Positions 25,281 to 36,560 of a stretch of 36,560 bases of DNA are shown piece after piece. This DNA is from Octopus sinensis (taxonomy: Eukaryota). The DNA lies in NCBI RefSeq assembly GCF_006345805.1, contig NW_021824691.1, positions 1-36,560 of the forward strand, given 5' to 3'. Made by a program: the position numbers and the translations under genes. How positions within the stretch are numbered: position 1 is the stretch's first letter; each line of letters opens with the position of its first letter. Under the pieces are notes generated by a model. That model made no database searches and was not told the origin of the DNA. It saw nothing but the letters and a program-made list of their open reading frames with translations.

Positions 25281-25497
25281 TTTGGGAAAAATATGAATAA
25301 TTAGAAATTCTCTCACAAAGTTAATTTTTGCCCTAACCTGAGACAAAAGATAAAATATATAATATTAAGAGAAACGTAAGAGCAGTTGCTTTAATCCATA
25401 AGCATGACTCCAATTTCAGATGAATTTAAAGAGCAAGTATATATATGATGCATTAAAAATCTATAAATATATATGTTATATTTAAAAAAAAATTTTG

Positions 25498-25882
25498 ATA
25501 GGTGCAGGAGTAGCTGTGAAGTAAGTAGCTTGCTTACCAACCTGCGTGACACCTTGGACAAGTGTCTTCTACTATAGCCTCGGGCCGACCAAAGCCTTGT
25601 GAGTGAATTTGATAGAGGGAAACTGAAAGAATCTCGTGGTATATATATGTATATATATGTGTGTCTGTTAGTGTGTCTATGTTTGTCCCCACTTCAATAT
25701 CGCTTGACAACCTATGCTGGTGTGTTTACGTCCACGTAACTTAGCGGTTCTGCAAGAGAGACCGATAGAATAAGTACTAGGCTTACAAAGAATAAGCCCT
25801 CGGGTCGATTTGCTCGACTAAAGGCGGTGCTCTAGCATGGCCGCAGTCAAATGACTGAAACAGGTAAAGGAGAAAGAGAGAA
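25498..25882 (+). mobile_element. SINE family A, near full length
   Basis: Head ataggtgcaggagtagctgtg..accttggacaagtgtcttctactatagcctcgggccg, internal (TA)/(TG), tail ending gcatggccgcagtcaaatgactgaaac. Confidence 0.9.
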
Positions 25883-26429
25883 TGAGATATTGACGTAAAT
25901 AGATTGAAACATACATGAATATGTAAATATATTGAAGAAGGTCTGAAGTAATGATGAATGCTAATTAAAAGATACAAAGAGGAAAGAAATTAAAAGTCAG
26001 ACTAGTAAGAAATAGTTAAAATAGGGTACCAACGGCCGTTTCTAGAGGTTATTTGGTGGTAAAAAATAAGGGGATATAATACCCATTTTTTAGCAATTGC
26101 TCCTCCTTCACGATAACAGGCTTTACATTTGCAAGTTGACTAAGGCAAGTAGTATAAGTTAGGTTTCTTTACAGATAAGAGGCATGCGTGGGGAAAGAAA
26201 GAGAATTAAATATATTCTGATAAAATATTCATGACAAGGAATAACAGTTTGGTTTAAAACCTGTCTCAGTTCAATTCTCATCCGAGTCACTAAAAATGTA
26301 AAAATGTGTAATTGTTATGTTTTCATGAAAAAACTACGTCTGACACATTGTTAGAAGCGATTATATATATATATATACTTTTCAGTAATGAGCCCTTTTA
26401 TATAATGTACTAAGCCCTTTTATATATAT

Positions 26430-26478
<49 letters not shown>

Positions 26479-26685
26479 AATATCAATTACCAGATAATAC
26501 CCAATCACATACTTTATAAAACCACCACATAAGAGACTGTAGGGTTAAATATAAAAAGCAGAACAAATCAGTGTACATAAGGAATGTACATAAAAAAGTG
26601 TACATTAAAAGTAATGTTGTTATAAGTAGAATATATATAAAAGAGAATATAAATATAAGTAAATATAAATATAAGTATAGATTAC

Positions 26686-26809
26686 ATCTTACAGCTGTTT
26701 TTTGGCCATTTAGATAAGTATGTCTCATTTACCATAATTAGCCTTTTAGGTAGCAAATATAGCTATAAATGAGACATTTACAAAAATATCATAAGGCCTC
26801 TTCGGAGAT
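26686..26809 (-). ncRNA. Degenerate type I hammerhead with long helix II
   Basis: Minus: atct|CcGAAGA|ggcc..(12-bp atgtctcattta/taaatgagacat hairpin)..ggcc|aaaaaa|c-agct-g|TA|agat; palindromic AGCU loop; GAAA eroded to an A-run. Confidence 0.55.
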
Positions 26810-26829
26810 TATGTAAAATAAATCAGTCT

Positions 26830-28760
26830 ACATATATACCCACATGGGTGTGGGTGAATACTCATAATACAACATATACATATACATATGAGTGCATATA
26901 CTCACACTCATATACATATAAAAATATCATATACATAATGATATAAATAAAAATAAATTAGTAAACAATATATATGTTTCCACATTCAATGTCTCAGTTT
27001 TTCGACTTAATATTGTGATAATAAACATACACAAATTAGTACCTAGATGCAAATATACATAGTCAATAGTACATTATATTACTTCATACTAATTACTAAA
27101 GTGTCATTAAAGTTAGCATCATTATCGTTGTCAATACCATTAATGTTACCATTATTATCATTCATAATATTATTAATAAAGCTTACATTAGGATCCAGAG
27201 CGATATATATGTATGTCCGGGTACCAGTTAGTAATTTTCCTTATGACATAAATACACTATTGGATTTGAATTTAAAATTATCATTATCTTCCTCACGGTT
27301 GGTCAATTGAGAGCCGCCCGACCTCCACACCGCACAAGCAAAACATACACATCCACATCTAACCCTAAATCCATACATCCACACAGAAACTCACACACAC
27401 ATGCACCACACCTGAATTACACCCCGACACATCTCTACACATTCACCAAATGCAGAGTGCATGTCGTCATCGCATGGCTTATAGACAAATCAGTACAGGC
27501 AGCAGTGTCTAACACTAACACGCAACCGCATATACGCATAAATATTAATACACTTTCCTATACTGTGTCAGGGAACTTTCGCACACACTATTATATATTT
27601 AAATATATATCTGCGCACATCATACGTACAAATAAACCTATATTTATATCCAGCCATGAAAATATTCGCATATACATATATACATATCTAAGTACGCACC
27701 TGCGTACTCATATGTGTAATAAAAACATACATCTCGTACATCCACCCACGATCATACCTATATGTACAAAAATACATACGTACACATCCACATACACATT
27801 TTCACACACCACCGAAGTTACTATTAATTTAGAATAAGTTTGTTAAATATAAAATAAATTAATTATAGATTAGTAAGTGCCAAATAAACAAAAATAAATA
27901 ATTGAATAAATAAATATGAATATATATATATACATCCATGTATAGATAAATAGATAAATAAAATGGAATACAAATTAAGGAGGGCACAAAGATAAACCTA
28001 ATATAGTAAGTATAAGTGGATACACCGGAATGCACCCACATGCACATACATGTGCATGCACGCACCCGCACGGACACGCGAGTTCATGGCCGGGCACACC
28101 CGCACACACGATCACCAAGATACACACAAGAACACGCGTACAAGTACACGTGAATGTCCGCAAGCACAGCGCGCGAGAGTGCACACGTTGATGCACATGC
28201 ACGGACGCGCCCGCGCAACGCGTGCGCGGACGCTCACGCGCACGTGTACGCTGGCGCACAAACTCCGGTGCAGCGCCACCCGAGCCCACGCCTGTGCCGC
28301 AGAAATCGCACAAGCTCCAACAAACCAACCGTAAAAAAAAAGCCCACCTTATATGCTCATCGAGATAAACAACTTATAATAATTATAGACTCTCACATAT
28401 TACATATTGGTATAGCATAAACTCAAACTAGTGCCCTAAGATATGATGCACATATACATTATACACCTATAAGAGACTCTGTGGGGTTCCGAATATCATG
28501 CATATATCAGAATAACAGTCGGGACAGAAACAATCAATGTAGAACACATACATGGAGACACAAAAGTTATAAATTATAAATTGTAAGGACCAATAGTACA
28601 GTCCTATATAGATGAATGCTAAAAGATTACTGGTAGAAGAATTAGATGTTATTTAAATCTAGAGAAAGTGTACGCCAATTTGTGAAGGCAAAAATATTTC
28701 GCTCATTAATGCTGTTAATAATGGGTTGGCCGTCTTTGATGATGAAATATAATATATATA
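26830..28760. repeat. Highly degenerate low-complexity region including a CpG-rich (CA/CG)-like tract 28020-28330
   Basis: Microsatellite-like composition without perfect periodicity. Confidence 0.6.
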
Positions 28761-28761
28761 C

Positions 28762-29370
28762 TTAATGTTATCGCCATATTATATGGCAGTCTTATAGACA
28801 TAGACTAAGCTGTCGCTGAATTAGTCCATGAGGCCATCGCCTTAAGCTAGCTATTGATACACAAACTGTATCCATTATGACCTTCGAACAAGCTTTAGTC
28901 TTATGTCTATAAGACTGCCATATTAATATGGCGATAACAATTAATTTCCAGTAACGCTGGCCGTAATCTCATTTAGAGAGACTTAGTAATTTTAATATTT
29001 CTATTATTGAAAACAAGTGGATGTATTCCACCGAAACTAGGTAAATAAACCTTCGAACAGAGACGATCAGTGGCAACACCTGCTGGGTCTGACTACGCTA
29101 CAATGACAAAGGGCAAATACCCTGAAACGCGTCTGCAGCTGTCTGACTGGCAGTGTGAAGCGGCTGACCTCCCTTGTTCGAAGGTTATAATGGATACAGT
29201 TTGTGTATCAAATAGCTAGCTTAAGGCGATGGCCTCATGGAGCTAATTCAGCGACAGCTTTAGTCTTATGTCTATAAGACTGCCATATTAATATGGCGAT
29301 AACAATTAATTTCTAGTAACGCTGCCGTAATCTCTTTTAGAGATACTTAGTAATTTTAATATTTCTATTA
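28762..29370 (+). mobile_element. PLE-like element with inverted and direct partial repeats around an HHR
   Basis: 28762-28892 is the reverse complement of ~29173-29310; 28891-29006 is a direct repeat of 29256-29370. Confidence 0.75.
29097..29139 (+). ncRNA. Degenerate minimal type I hammerhead
   Basis: gctaca|aTGACaA|aggg-caaata-ccct|GAAA|cgcg|TC|tgcagc; palindromic CGCG loop. Confidence 0.6.
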
Positions 29371-29377
29371 TATATAT

Positions 29378-29586
29378 ACTCTTTTACTCTTTTACTTGTT
29401 TCAGTCATTTGACTGTGGCCATGCTAGAGCACCGCCTTTAGTCGAGCAAATCGCGCCCAGGAATTATTCTTTGTAAGCCTAGTACTTATTCTATTGGTCT
29501 CTTTTTCCGAACCGCTAGGTTACGGGGAGGTAAACACACCAGCAGCGGTTGTCAAGTGATGTTGGGGGAACAAACACAGACACACA

Positions 29587-29590
<4 letters not shown>
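29378..29590 (-). mobile_element. SINE family A tail
   Basis: Reverse complement of 25680-25880. Confidence 0.9.
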
Positions 29591-29623
<33 letters not shown>

Positions 29624-29629
29624 ATACTA

Positions 29630-30110
29630 AGCAATTAAGGGTTTAGCAACGAATTGCCTCACCACACAACCGAATTTAGAAATAGCAGTCAAAGAGTTTA
29701 TATCTATTCTTTCTACTAAAAGGGAGATCTCAGTAAAAAACAACACAGCACTTGAAAGGCAAACACAGACAGGTAAGAAAGAATGAAATGACGGCAATCT
29801 ATCATACATTTTAAGTTACTACGGACGTACGTTTCGAAATCAAGTGTTAGGAAAGCATAAGAATTAGAAAATTCTAACCTTACCCAAACTTCTTTTCTCA
29901 TCACATCGTAGGATACTACAATTATGCATAATTGTATATTAAATTTTGAGATACTAGAAAGCATTATCTCAACTCAGTGTCAGAGCGAGCCAAAGCATTA
30001 CCAGTAGCTACCGGGAACGAATTCAAAGTGTGAATGAAAAGTTTGTGTCACCAGCCCCCTTCCACCTGCGTGTAGCCAAGACAAGATGCTGTGGTCATTT
30101 ACTGGGATAA
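29630..30110 (-). mobile_element. PLE-like non-autonomous element related to 23361-24118
   Basis: Shared end motif aagggttt..gcaa..ccac..accgaa..ttagaaatagcag.caaa; HHR ~190 nt from that end; between (TA)n tracts. Confidence 0.6.
29819..29911 (-). ncRNA. Degenerate type I hammerhead with long helix II
   Basis: Minus: ctacg-at|gTGATGA|gaaa..tttc|GAAA|c-gtac-g|TC|cgtag. Confidence 0.6.
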
Positions 30111-30369
30111 AATATTATATATATATATATATATATAATATATAATAATATATATATATATATAATGGGGGGGGGGTTAAAGTAGATAAGACCGGTTTTG
30201 TGATTACCCCTTAGGTTTCCCGTCCATAAGGGTTTATACTTTTATAGCGTTTCGTCAGATCCCCAAACCTTGTTGAACCAAGACCTCTTATGTTGCTACC
30301 GACTAGATAGTAACAGGTAATAATTATGCTAATGACGAATATTATTTTGATCCATTCAACTTGAAGTGA

Positions 30370-30725
30370 GGAATTTATCCTTTCGTTGTGGTAAGCCCTT
30401 CATTAGGGATGTCACATGCGGCAACACCCTCTCCAGCGGCAGTTTGGTATTTTCAGCCATCAGCTTAGGCTCCACTGCTCATCAGATTGTCAAAGTATCG
30501 GTCGCTCTCCGACAGGTTTGGGATCAAACCTTCGGCGTTCTTGGCCCCCGGACCATATCCCTGCTATCTGGACGGAGATGGCTGCTCATAAGTGCGAGCC
30601 CCGTGAGTCATAGTGGCTGTTCCAGCGCATTTCCCTCGCCATCCTCTGGGGCAGCGCCTTTTCCTATTTGTCCACAAGGGCCATGAGACTTACAGGAAAA
30701 TGTAAGTTCCACTCAATAAATACTT
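30370..30725 (+). mobile_element. CRE-like RLE non-LTR retrotransposon 3' fragment
   Basis: Across frames: GKPFIRDVTCGNTLSS..TFGVLGPRT..MAAHKCEPRES*WLFQRISLAILWGSA, matching the (W)DVTC.DT..ET.G..G..QRIS.AI.RGN RLE C-terminus; aataaa near 30715. Confidence 0.7.
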
Positions 30726-31199
30726 AGATTCACGCAATTCACAGATTATTTGTCTGTTTATCTCTACTCTTCTTGCTGTTCTTTCTCACATTTTCAACTG
30801 AATATTGGCATTCATCAACGCAACATTTACCAAACTTTTTGAAGTGGTGATGACTAAGAAGTTTTGCCTGTATAATCATTAAGGTGTGATTAGCTAAATA
30901 AAAGAGGTGAAGAAAAATAGTTTTTGCCTAATGTTGTTTAATTTATTCTGACGTGTACAACATAGTAGGCCTTATTATAACGTCATCAGGAATTATTCAC
31001 CTTTTTTAAGAGAGAAGGTGTGATTTGTACTTAGCTAGTATTTCTAGCAAGCCCAATGCGTTCGTAGCTGCACCATCGTTGATTTCATTGAAATTAGTAT
31101 CCCAAATTTGCTTGAAAAGTGAGCATAGGATAGCTTTTTGAAATTGTGATATTATAATGACATGGTAAGAATATTGTAGAGCCACTTTGACAAGTAGAT

Positions 31200-31819
31200 A
31201 GGCAATTAGGGAATGAGAGAAAGGCGAAATATAGAAATAGACAGAGAGAGGGAGGAGGGAGAAAAGGAGAGAAAGAAGGACGCGTAGAGAGGACAGACAG
31301 AAAGAGGCAGAGAGAGAAAAAAACAGGAAGACAAAGAGGCAGAGAGTCGGAGAAAGGAAGATAAAATCAGTGAGATAGGGAGACAGTGAGGTAGAGGGAT
31401 ACAGAAGTAAAAGAAGAAAACTGAGAGGAAGAGAGAGATAACATGGGAGAAAGTGGACGAGAGAGAGAGTGAGAGAGAGAGAGAGAGAAGAGAGAGAGAA
31501 GAGAGAGAGAGAGAGCGCGTCAGTGAAGCAGAGGAAGGTCGAGATGTAAAGACACACAAACACAAGAGAGAAGGTCAGAGAGTAGGTTGGCAGTAGGAGG
31601 AAAGACAAATTGAGGGGGGAGATAAGGGAAGTATATAGTCGGGGGGAGTAAGAAGAGAAGAGATATAGAGATAGAGAAAAACAAGAGGAGCGATAAGGAA
31701 GCAAAGAAGCAGAAAGATGCAGAGAGGTAGGAAGAGACTGAGCAGAAGAAAATATGAAGAGATGAAGAGTCGGAGTAGAGAAAGGCAAAGAGACACATAG
31801 AGGGAGCATCAGAGTGAAA

Positions 31820-31854
<35 letters not shown>

Positions 31855-32330
31855 AGAGGGAGGGACAAACAGGTGGAGAGCAAGAGAGACAGAGAGCGAC
31901 AGGCAGGAAGCGAGGCGGGCGTAGAAAAAGACATGCGTTCATACAGGCAGACAGGCAAACAGCCTGGCAGACAATGACACAAGCAGACAGACAGGCAGAC
32001 AAGCAGCAGAGAGGCAGGCAAAAGGACAATGAAGCAAACAGCCAAACAGCCAAACAGGCAGACGGACGGACAAGATGGGCTGACAGGCAGACAGGCATGC
32101 AGGCGGGCAATAGTGATAAATGAACGGGAAGCTGGGATTAACAACTGTAACAATTGAAAGGAAAAAGAGATGGGGGCGGGGGTGGGGGAAATTTTGGGGA
32201 TCGGGTTTGATGTAGTCAGATGAAGAAGTAGAGAGGAAAGACTAGCGCTGGTGCTGCGATGTGGAGGGGGGAGGGTGTGTAAGCGTGCGTGTGTGTTTGT
32301 GCTGTGTGTGTACATACAATTACATATAAA
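31200..32330. repeat. ~1.1-kb degenerate purine-rich tract ((GA)n/(GACA)n-like)
   Basis: Strong A/G bias on plus; imperfect periodicity. Confidence 0.8.
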
Positions 32331-32401
32331 TGTGCGAGGATGTATGTATAATATTTATGTATATAAAGTGAGTATATATGTATAATATAATACAGTGTGT
32401 T

Positions 32402-32448
<47 letters not shown>

Positions 32449-32459
32449 TTTGCATGCAG

Positions 32460-32491
<32 letters not shown>

Positions 32492-32549
32492 ATATATATA
32501 ATGTGTGTTATGTATGTATATATATATAAATATATGTGTATGTATAATA

Positions 32550-32590
<41 letters not shown>

Positions 32591-32598
32591 TATTATTA

Positions 32599-32629
<31 letters not shown>

Positions 32630-32750
32630 ATAATATATATATATATATATATAATCTACTATAACATATATATATATATATCTACACACACATATATAAC
32701 TATCTATATATATATATAATGTGTTGTGTGTGTGTGTGTTGTGTGCATAT
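32330..32750. repeat. (TA)n/(TG)n microsatellite field
   Basis: Direct reading. Confidence 0.95.
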
Positions 32751-32751
32751 A

Positions 32752-32945
32752 TCTTTTATTCTTTTACTTGTTTCAGTCTTTGACTGCGGCCATGCTGGAG
32801 TACCGCCTTTAGTCGAACAAATCGATACCAGGACTTATTCTAGCTATTTCTTTTGCCGAACCGCTAGTTACGGAGAGGTAAACACATCAGCATCGGTGTG
32901 TCAAGCGCTGATAGGGGGGGGGGGCACCACACACACACACACATA
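32752..32945 (-). mobile_element. SINE family A tail
   Basis: cttttacttgtttcagtc.ttgactgcggccatgctggag.accgcctttagtcga. Confidence 0.85.
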
Positions 32946-33067
32946 TATATCACGGGCTTTGGTTGGTGGTTTTGCCCGCTTGCAGCCTTAATGTGGTGTA
33001 ATTAATATTAAAGACAAAGCGAATTGGAGGAACGCAACAGTTACACTTAGACCAACAACATCGCCAT

Positions 33068-33359
33068 ATGAAGAAGAAGAAGAAGAAGAAGAAGAAGAAG
33101 AAGAAGAAGAGGAAGATGAAGAAGAGGAAGAAGAAGAAGAGGAAGGAGAGGAAGAAGAGGAAGAGGAAGAGGAAGAAGAAGGAGAAGAAGAAGAAGAAGA
33201 AGAAGATGAAGATGAAGAAGAAGAGGAAGTAGAAGAAGAAGAAGGAGAAGAAGAAGGGGAGAAAGCAGAGGACCAAAGGATAGATGAACAGTTACTACAG
33301 TAATGATTATGATAACGATGATGATGGTGATGATGATGATGATGACGACGACGATTACT

Positions 33360-33390
<31 letters not shown>

Positions 33391-33560
33391 GGATGATGAG
33401 GATGATGATGATGACGATGATGATGATGATGGTGATGGTGGTGATGATAGCCGTGATGATGTGAAGGAATTGGCGGAGGCTTGTAGCAGAAAGGAAAGGA
33501 ACAAGAAAAGTGGTAGAATATGATGATGATGATAAAGATGATGATGGTGATGAGGTATGT
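33068..33560. repeat. (GAA)n/(GAG)n then (GAT)n microsatellites
   Basis: Direct reading. Confidence 0.95.
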
Positions 33561-34799
33561 GTTGTTGTTGGTGGTGGTGGTGCAGGTGGGGAGTGGGTAG
33601 TGATGATGATGATGGCAATAATTATTGTAAGGGTTGTGGTGGTGGGAGTTATAACAGCAGTGGTGGTGTTGCACATGAGGGTAGTAATGATGACGACGTC
33701 GACTGCGAGGGCAGTGATTGGATAATTGAATGAATGTATGGTGTTTGAAAATACTATTGGGCCGAAATGAAACGGAACAACAATAACAATAAATATATAA
33801 ATAAAAAGAAAGAAAAAAAGGAAACGAAAAATCCTACAAAAGCGGACTTACATCTAAGGATACCTGAATATTGAAATAGAAATTATTTTAGCGTGTTGCA
33901 TGGGTGGGGATGCTTAAACAGGAAACTGTAAAACTACTCACTAAAGCCTTGCAAGACAAATAAATTGACGGGGGACGCCATTCTCGGCTCCCTAAGATTC
34001 ACGATGTGTGACAAGCTAGATATTGGAAATATTTTACATAGATGGCGTTTTTGTTCGGTTTAATACAACTGCTGTGCTCAATAGGGAACCGACCATTGAT
34101 CTGTGTAAGAGTATCGGAAATAGAGATTCTAATATTTTAGCCATGTAATGCCAATGTACAAGGAGACGATGCTACGGATGAATGAATTAAGCGTAGAATT
34201 AGGCGAGTTATGATTGTATCATTCGTACATTGTTTGTACGTGAGTTGGTTCATTCTCGCTATCTGTGTTGTGCATGGATTACTTCTGTTGGTTGCATCTG
34301 CTATTGTTTTCTGGTGATAAAGGGCATGTAACTATGTTTCGCTTAGAGGGAAAATAAGTTAATCGCGGTAATCCAACGTTGCCCTGCGTACCATAACGAA
34401 CTAGGACCAAAATCTTGCACTTGGAGGTTATTAATAGTCTCTTAAAAATCGTACGTGTCAGACGCAACACGTTTTTAGTTTAGTGGAACGAAGCAATATA
34501 AAATAAAGTACCGCTCGGTTTGGGAATCGAGTCTATTCTCTTATGAGCATTAATTATGCTAATTATTAGACCACAATCATCCATAATTAATGGACTATAA
34601 AGGAGAGTTTATTAATGTGATGTTTTTGTCAGTTCTTTTTGGTTTTGTTTCTTAAAAAAGTAAACTGAAAAATGGTAAACTAACTGCGTTTGAAGCTATG
34701 AAATTATTGAAACTCTGAATAACATTTATCATAGAATATAAGAATTACGGGGAAAAAAACTCAGGAATTTCTGTATTATAAATCAAGGATTGTGCACAT

Positions 34800-34960
34800 T
34801 GAATATGGGGTCTGTGGTGAGAAGTATGCTTCTCAACCACATGGGACCGGTTAGTCCCACTGCCTGACTCCTCGGGCCAGGTGTATTCTACTATAACTCC
34901 GAGCCGACTAAAGGCTTGTTAGTGAGTTTGGTGCATGGAAACTGACAGAATTTCGTCATA
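34800..34960 (+). mobile_element. Diverged SINE family A head
   Basis: tctcaaccacatgg..gtcccactgc..tattctactataactccgagccgactaaaggcttg..ggaaactga. Confidence 0.7.
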
Positions 34961-34967
34961 TATACAT

Positions 34968-35006
<39 letters not shown>

Positions 35007-35011
35007 ATCTA

Positions 35012-35090
<79 letters not shown>

Positions 35091-35113
35091 TATAGATAGA
35101 TAGATAGATAGAT

Positions 35114-35175
<62 letters not shown>

Positions 35176-35180
35176 ATAGA
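34960..35180. repeat. (CA)(TA)(GA)(GATA)n compound microsatellite
   Basis: Direct reading. Confidence 0.95.
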
Positions 35181-35454
35181 TATCGCAAAAGGCAAACTTT
35201 ATATGCGTTACTAACTTTAAGCGGACTTTTCATTTAGATGCATGGTGCATAAAAACACTCATATTTGTGTCGCTGGCAGACTAGAATCACTGGCTACAGA
35301 CGTCGGAATTTCAATCTTCCCTGTCTTGTCAGTGGCAGACGCTCGGTAGCGACATAACATCCGAATTTCACTGCCAACGATATATAAAATCTCAATGTTT
35401 TTTCATGCACTAATGTCGCTAACAACCAGCTTGCTTATTAAAGCTAATTATTAA

Positions 35455-35495
35455 GACCAGATAGGAAACTGAAAGAAACCTGTCGTATACATATT

Positions 35496-35572
<77 letters not shown>

Positions 35573-35762
35573 CTATGTGTCTGTTTGTCCCCCGTTCCGC
35601 TTGACAACCGATGATAGTGTGTTTACATTCCTGTAACTTAGCGGTTCGGCAAAAGACAGATAGAATAAGTACCAGGCTTAGAAAATAAATACTGGGGTCT
35701 ATTCGACTAAAAATTCGAGACAGTGCCCCAGCATGACTGAAACAAGTAAAAGACGAAAGATA
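35455..35762 (+). mobile_element. SINE family A middle, internal microsatellite and tail
   Basis: ggaaactgaaagaaacctgtcgtata, (TA)(TG), tgtttgtcccc..gcttgacaaccga..cttagcggttcggcaaaag..atgactgaaacaagtaaaag. Confidence 0.8.
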
Positions 35763-35904
35763 TAAGATAAATATCTTGTGTGTGTGTTGTAATGTGGGAT
35801 ATGTTTACGAACACGAGTGACAATTCGGAGAATCTTATCGTCAGAAGTGCAATGAGCCCAATGAATGATCCGCTGAAGAAACTGTAGTGACCCCGTTGAT
35901 TTAT

Positions 35905-36010
35905 AAACTTTCTCATTTGGGGGGCGATAAAATAAGTACTAGTTGAGCCTGGGGTCGATCTAATCGACTTACCCCCTCCTCCGAAATTGCTGGGCCTGTG
36001 CCAAATTTGT
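35905..36010 (+). mobile_element. SINE family B 3' fragment
   Basis: gataaaataagtactagttgagcctggggtcgatctaatcgacttacccc..gggcctgtgccaaa. Confidence 0.65.
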
Positions 36011-36560
36011 AACTGGTGTTTTTCAAAAGCGTATAATAAATTATAAATACCGCAATTTACAACGTTTTTCTCTGGAATCCTGATCCACTTCATGGTAGTA
36101 CAAAACTTATCATACAGAAACGGTTTCCTTTCCGAAACCAAAAGCAGAACAAAAGAATATGTTGTCTAACATTAAAATAATAAAGAATAATAAGAAAACC
36201 TGCCCCCTATATACCACAACCGCAATTCACATGGTTTTTTTTATATAAATTCACGAACACGAAAACCTGAATAAATTTCATATTAAATGTTTAAGGTTTG
36301 AGTCATTAACCAGTAGGAACAGTTATATCTAGGACAGAACAAACAACAGAAAAACAAAAAACCACGCTGAATTAGAATGCTTTATTTTTTTAAAATTCTT
36401 CTTTTTAATGACGAACTAAGAGATAATATGTGGGAAATGATAGGGTGTGGGTAAAAGCAATGACTTTCATAAAATTTGGCGGAGAAAAAAAATCGAACCT
36501 TGAAACAGTTCTCCCGTATACTTTGATGATTCCTTATTAAAAGCAGGGATATTTCAAACG

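Noticed and set aside
26025-26117. GAAA-CGGCCG-TT with palindromic loop on minus
   Set aside because: The core has two mismatches and helix II does not close; kept only as a weak possibility.
30186-30272. CTGACGA core on minus with two alternative helix-III options
   Set aside because: The helix-II closing pair is missing in both registers.
31006-31200. Minus peptide ..ATNALGLLEILAKYKSHL, faintly like hAT-transposase motifs
   Set aside because: A single short motif with no TIRs or further domain support.
35246-35411. Imperfect inverted repeat (possible small MITE)
   Set aside because: Arms are short and diverged, with no clear target-site duplication.

Overview
Repeat-saturated animal genomic DNA (intronic or intergenic). 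No multi-exon host gene can be supported, and nearly all listed ORFs are microsatellite artefacts or transposon remnants. The SINE families and microsatellite load look like a coleoid cephalopod, most likely Octopus; this is recognition from memory, not a search result. Contents: (i) R4/Dong-type RLE non-LTR retrotransposon remnants at three loci, associated with (TAA)n, one a chimera with two YMDD motifs; (ii) a 2.2-kb CR1/L2-group LINE 3' portion, an RTE 3' fragment and a CRE-like RLE fragment; (iii) three Tc1/mariner remnants; (iv) many tRNA-derived SINEs; (v) a Penelope-like (PLE) GIY-YIG fragment. The most interesting signal is a set of short (TA)n-embedded elements with mixed inverted and direct repeats that carry minimal type I hammerhead ribozyme (HHR) motifs with palindromic helix-III loops. 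One (9134-9223, minus) retains a fully intact catalytic core; about seven others are degenerate. All folds and alignments were done by eye and need computational confirmation.
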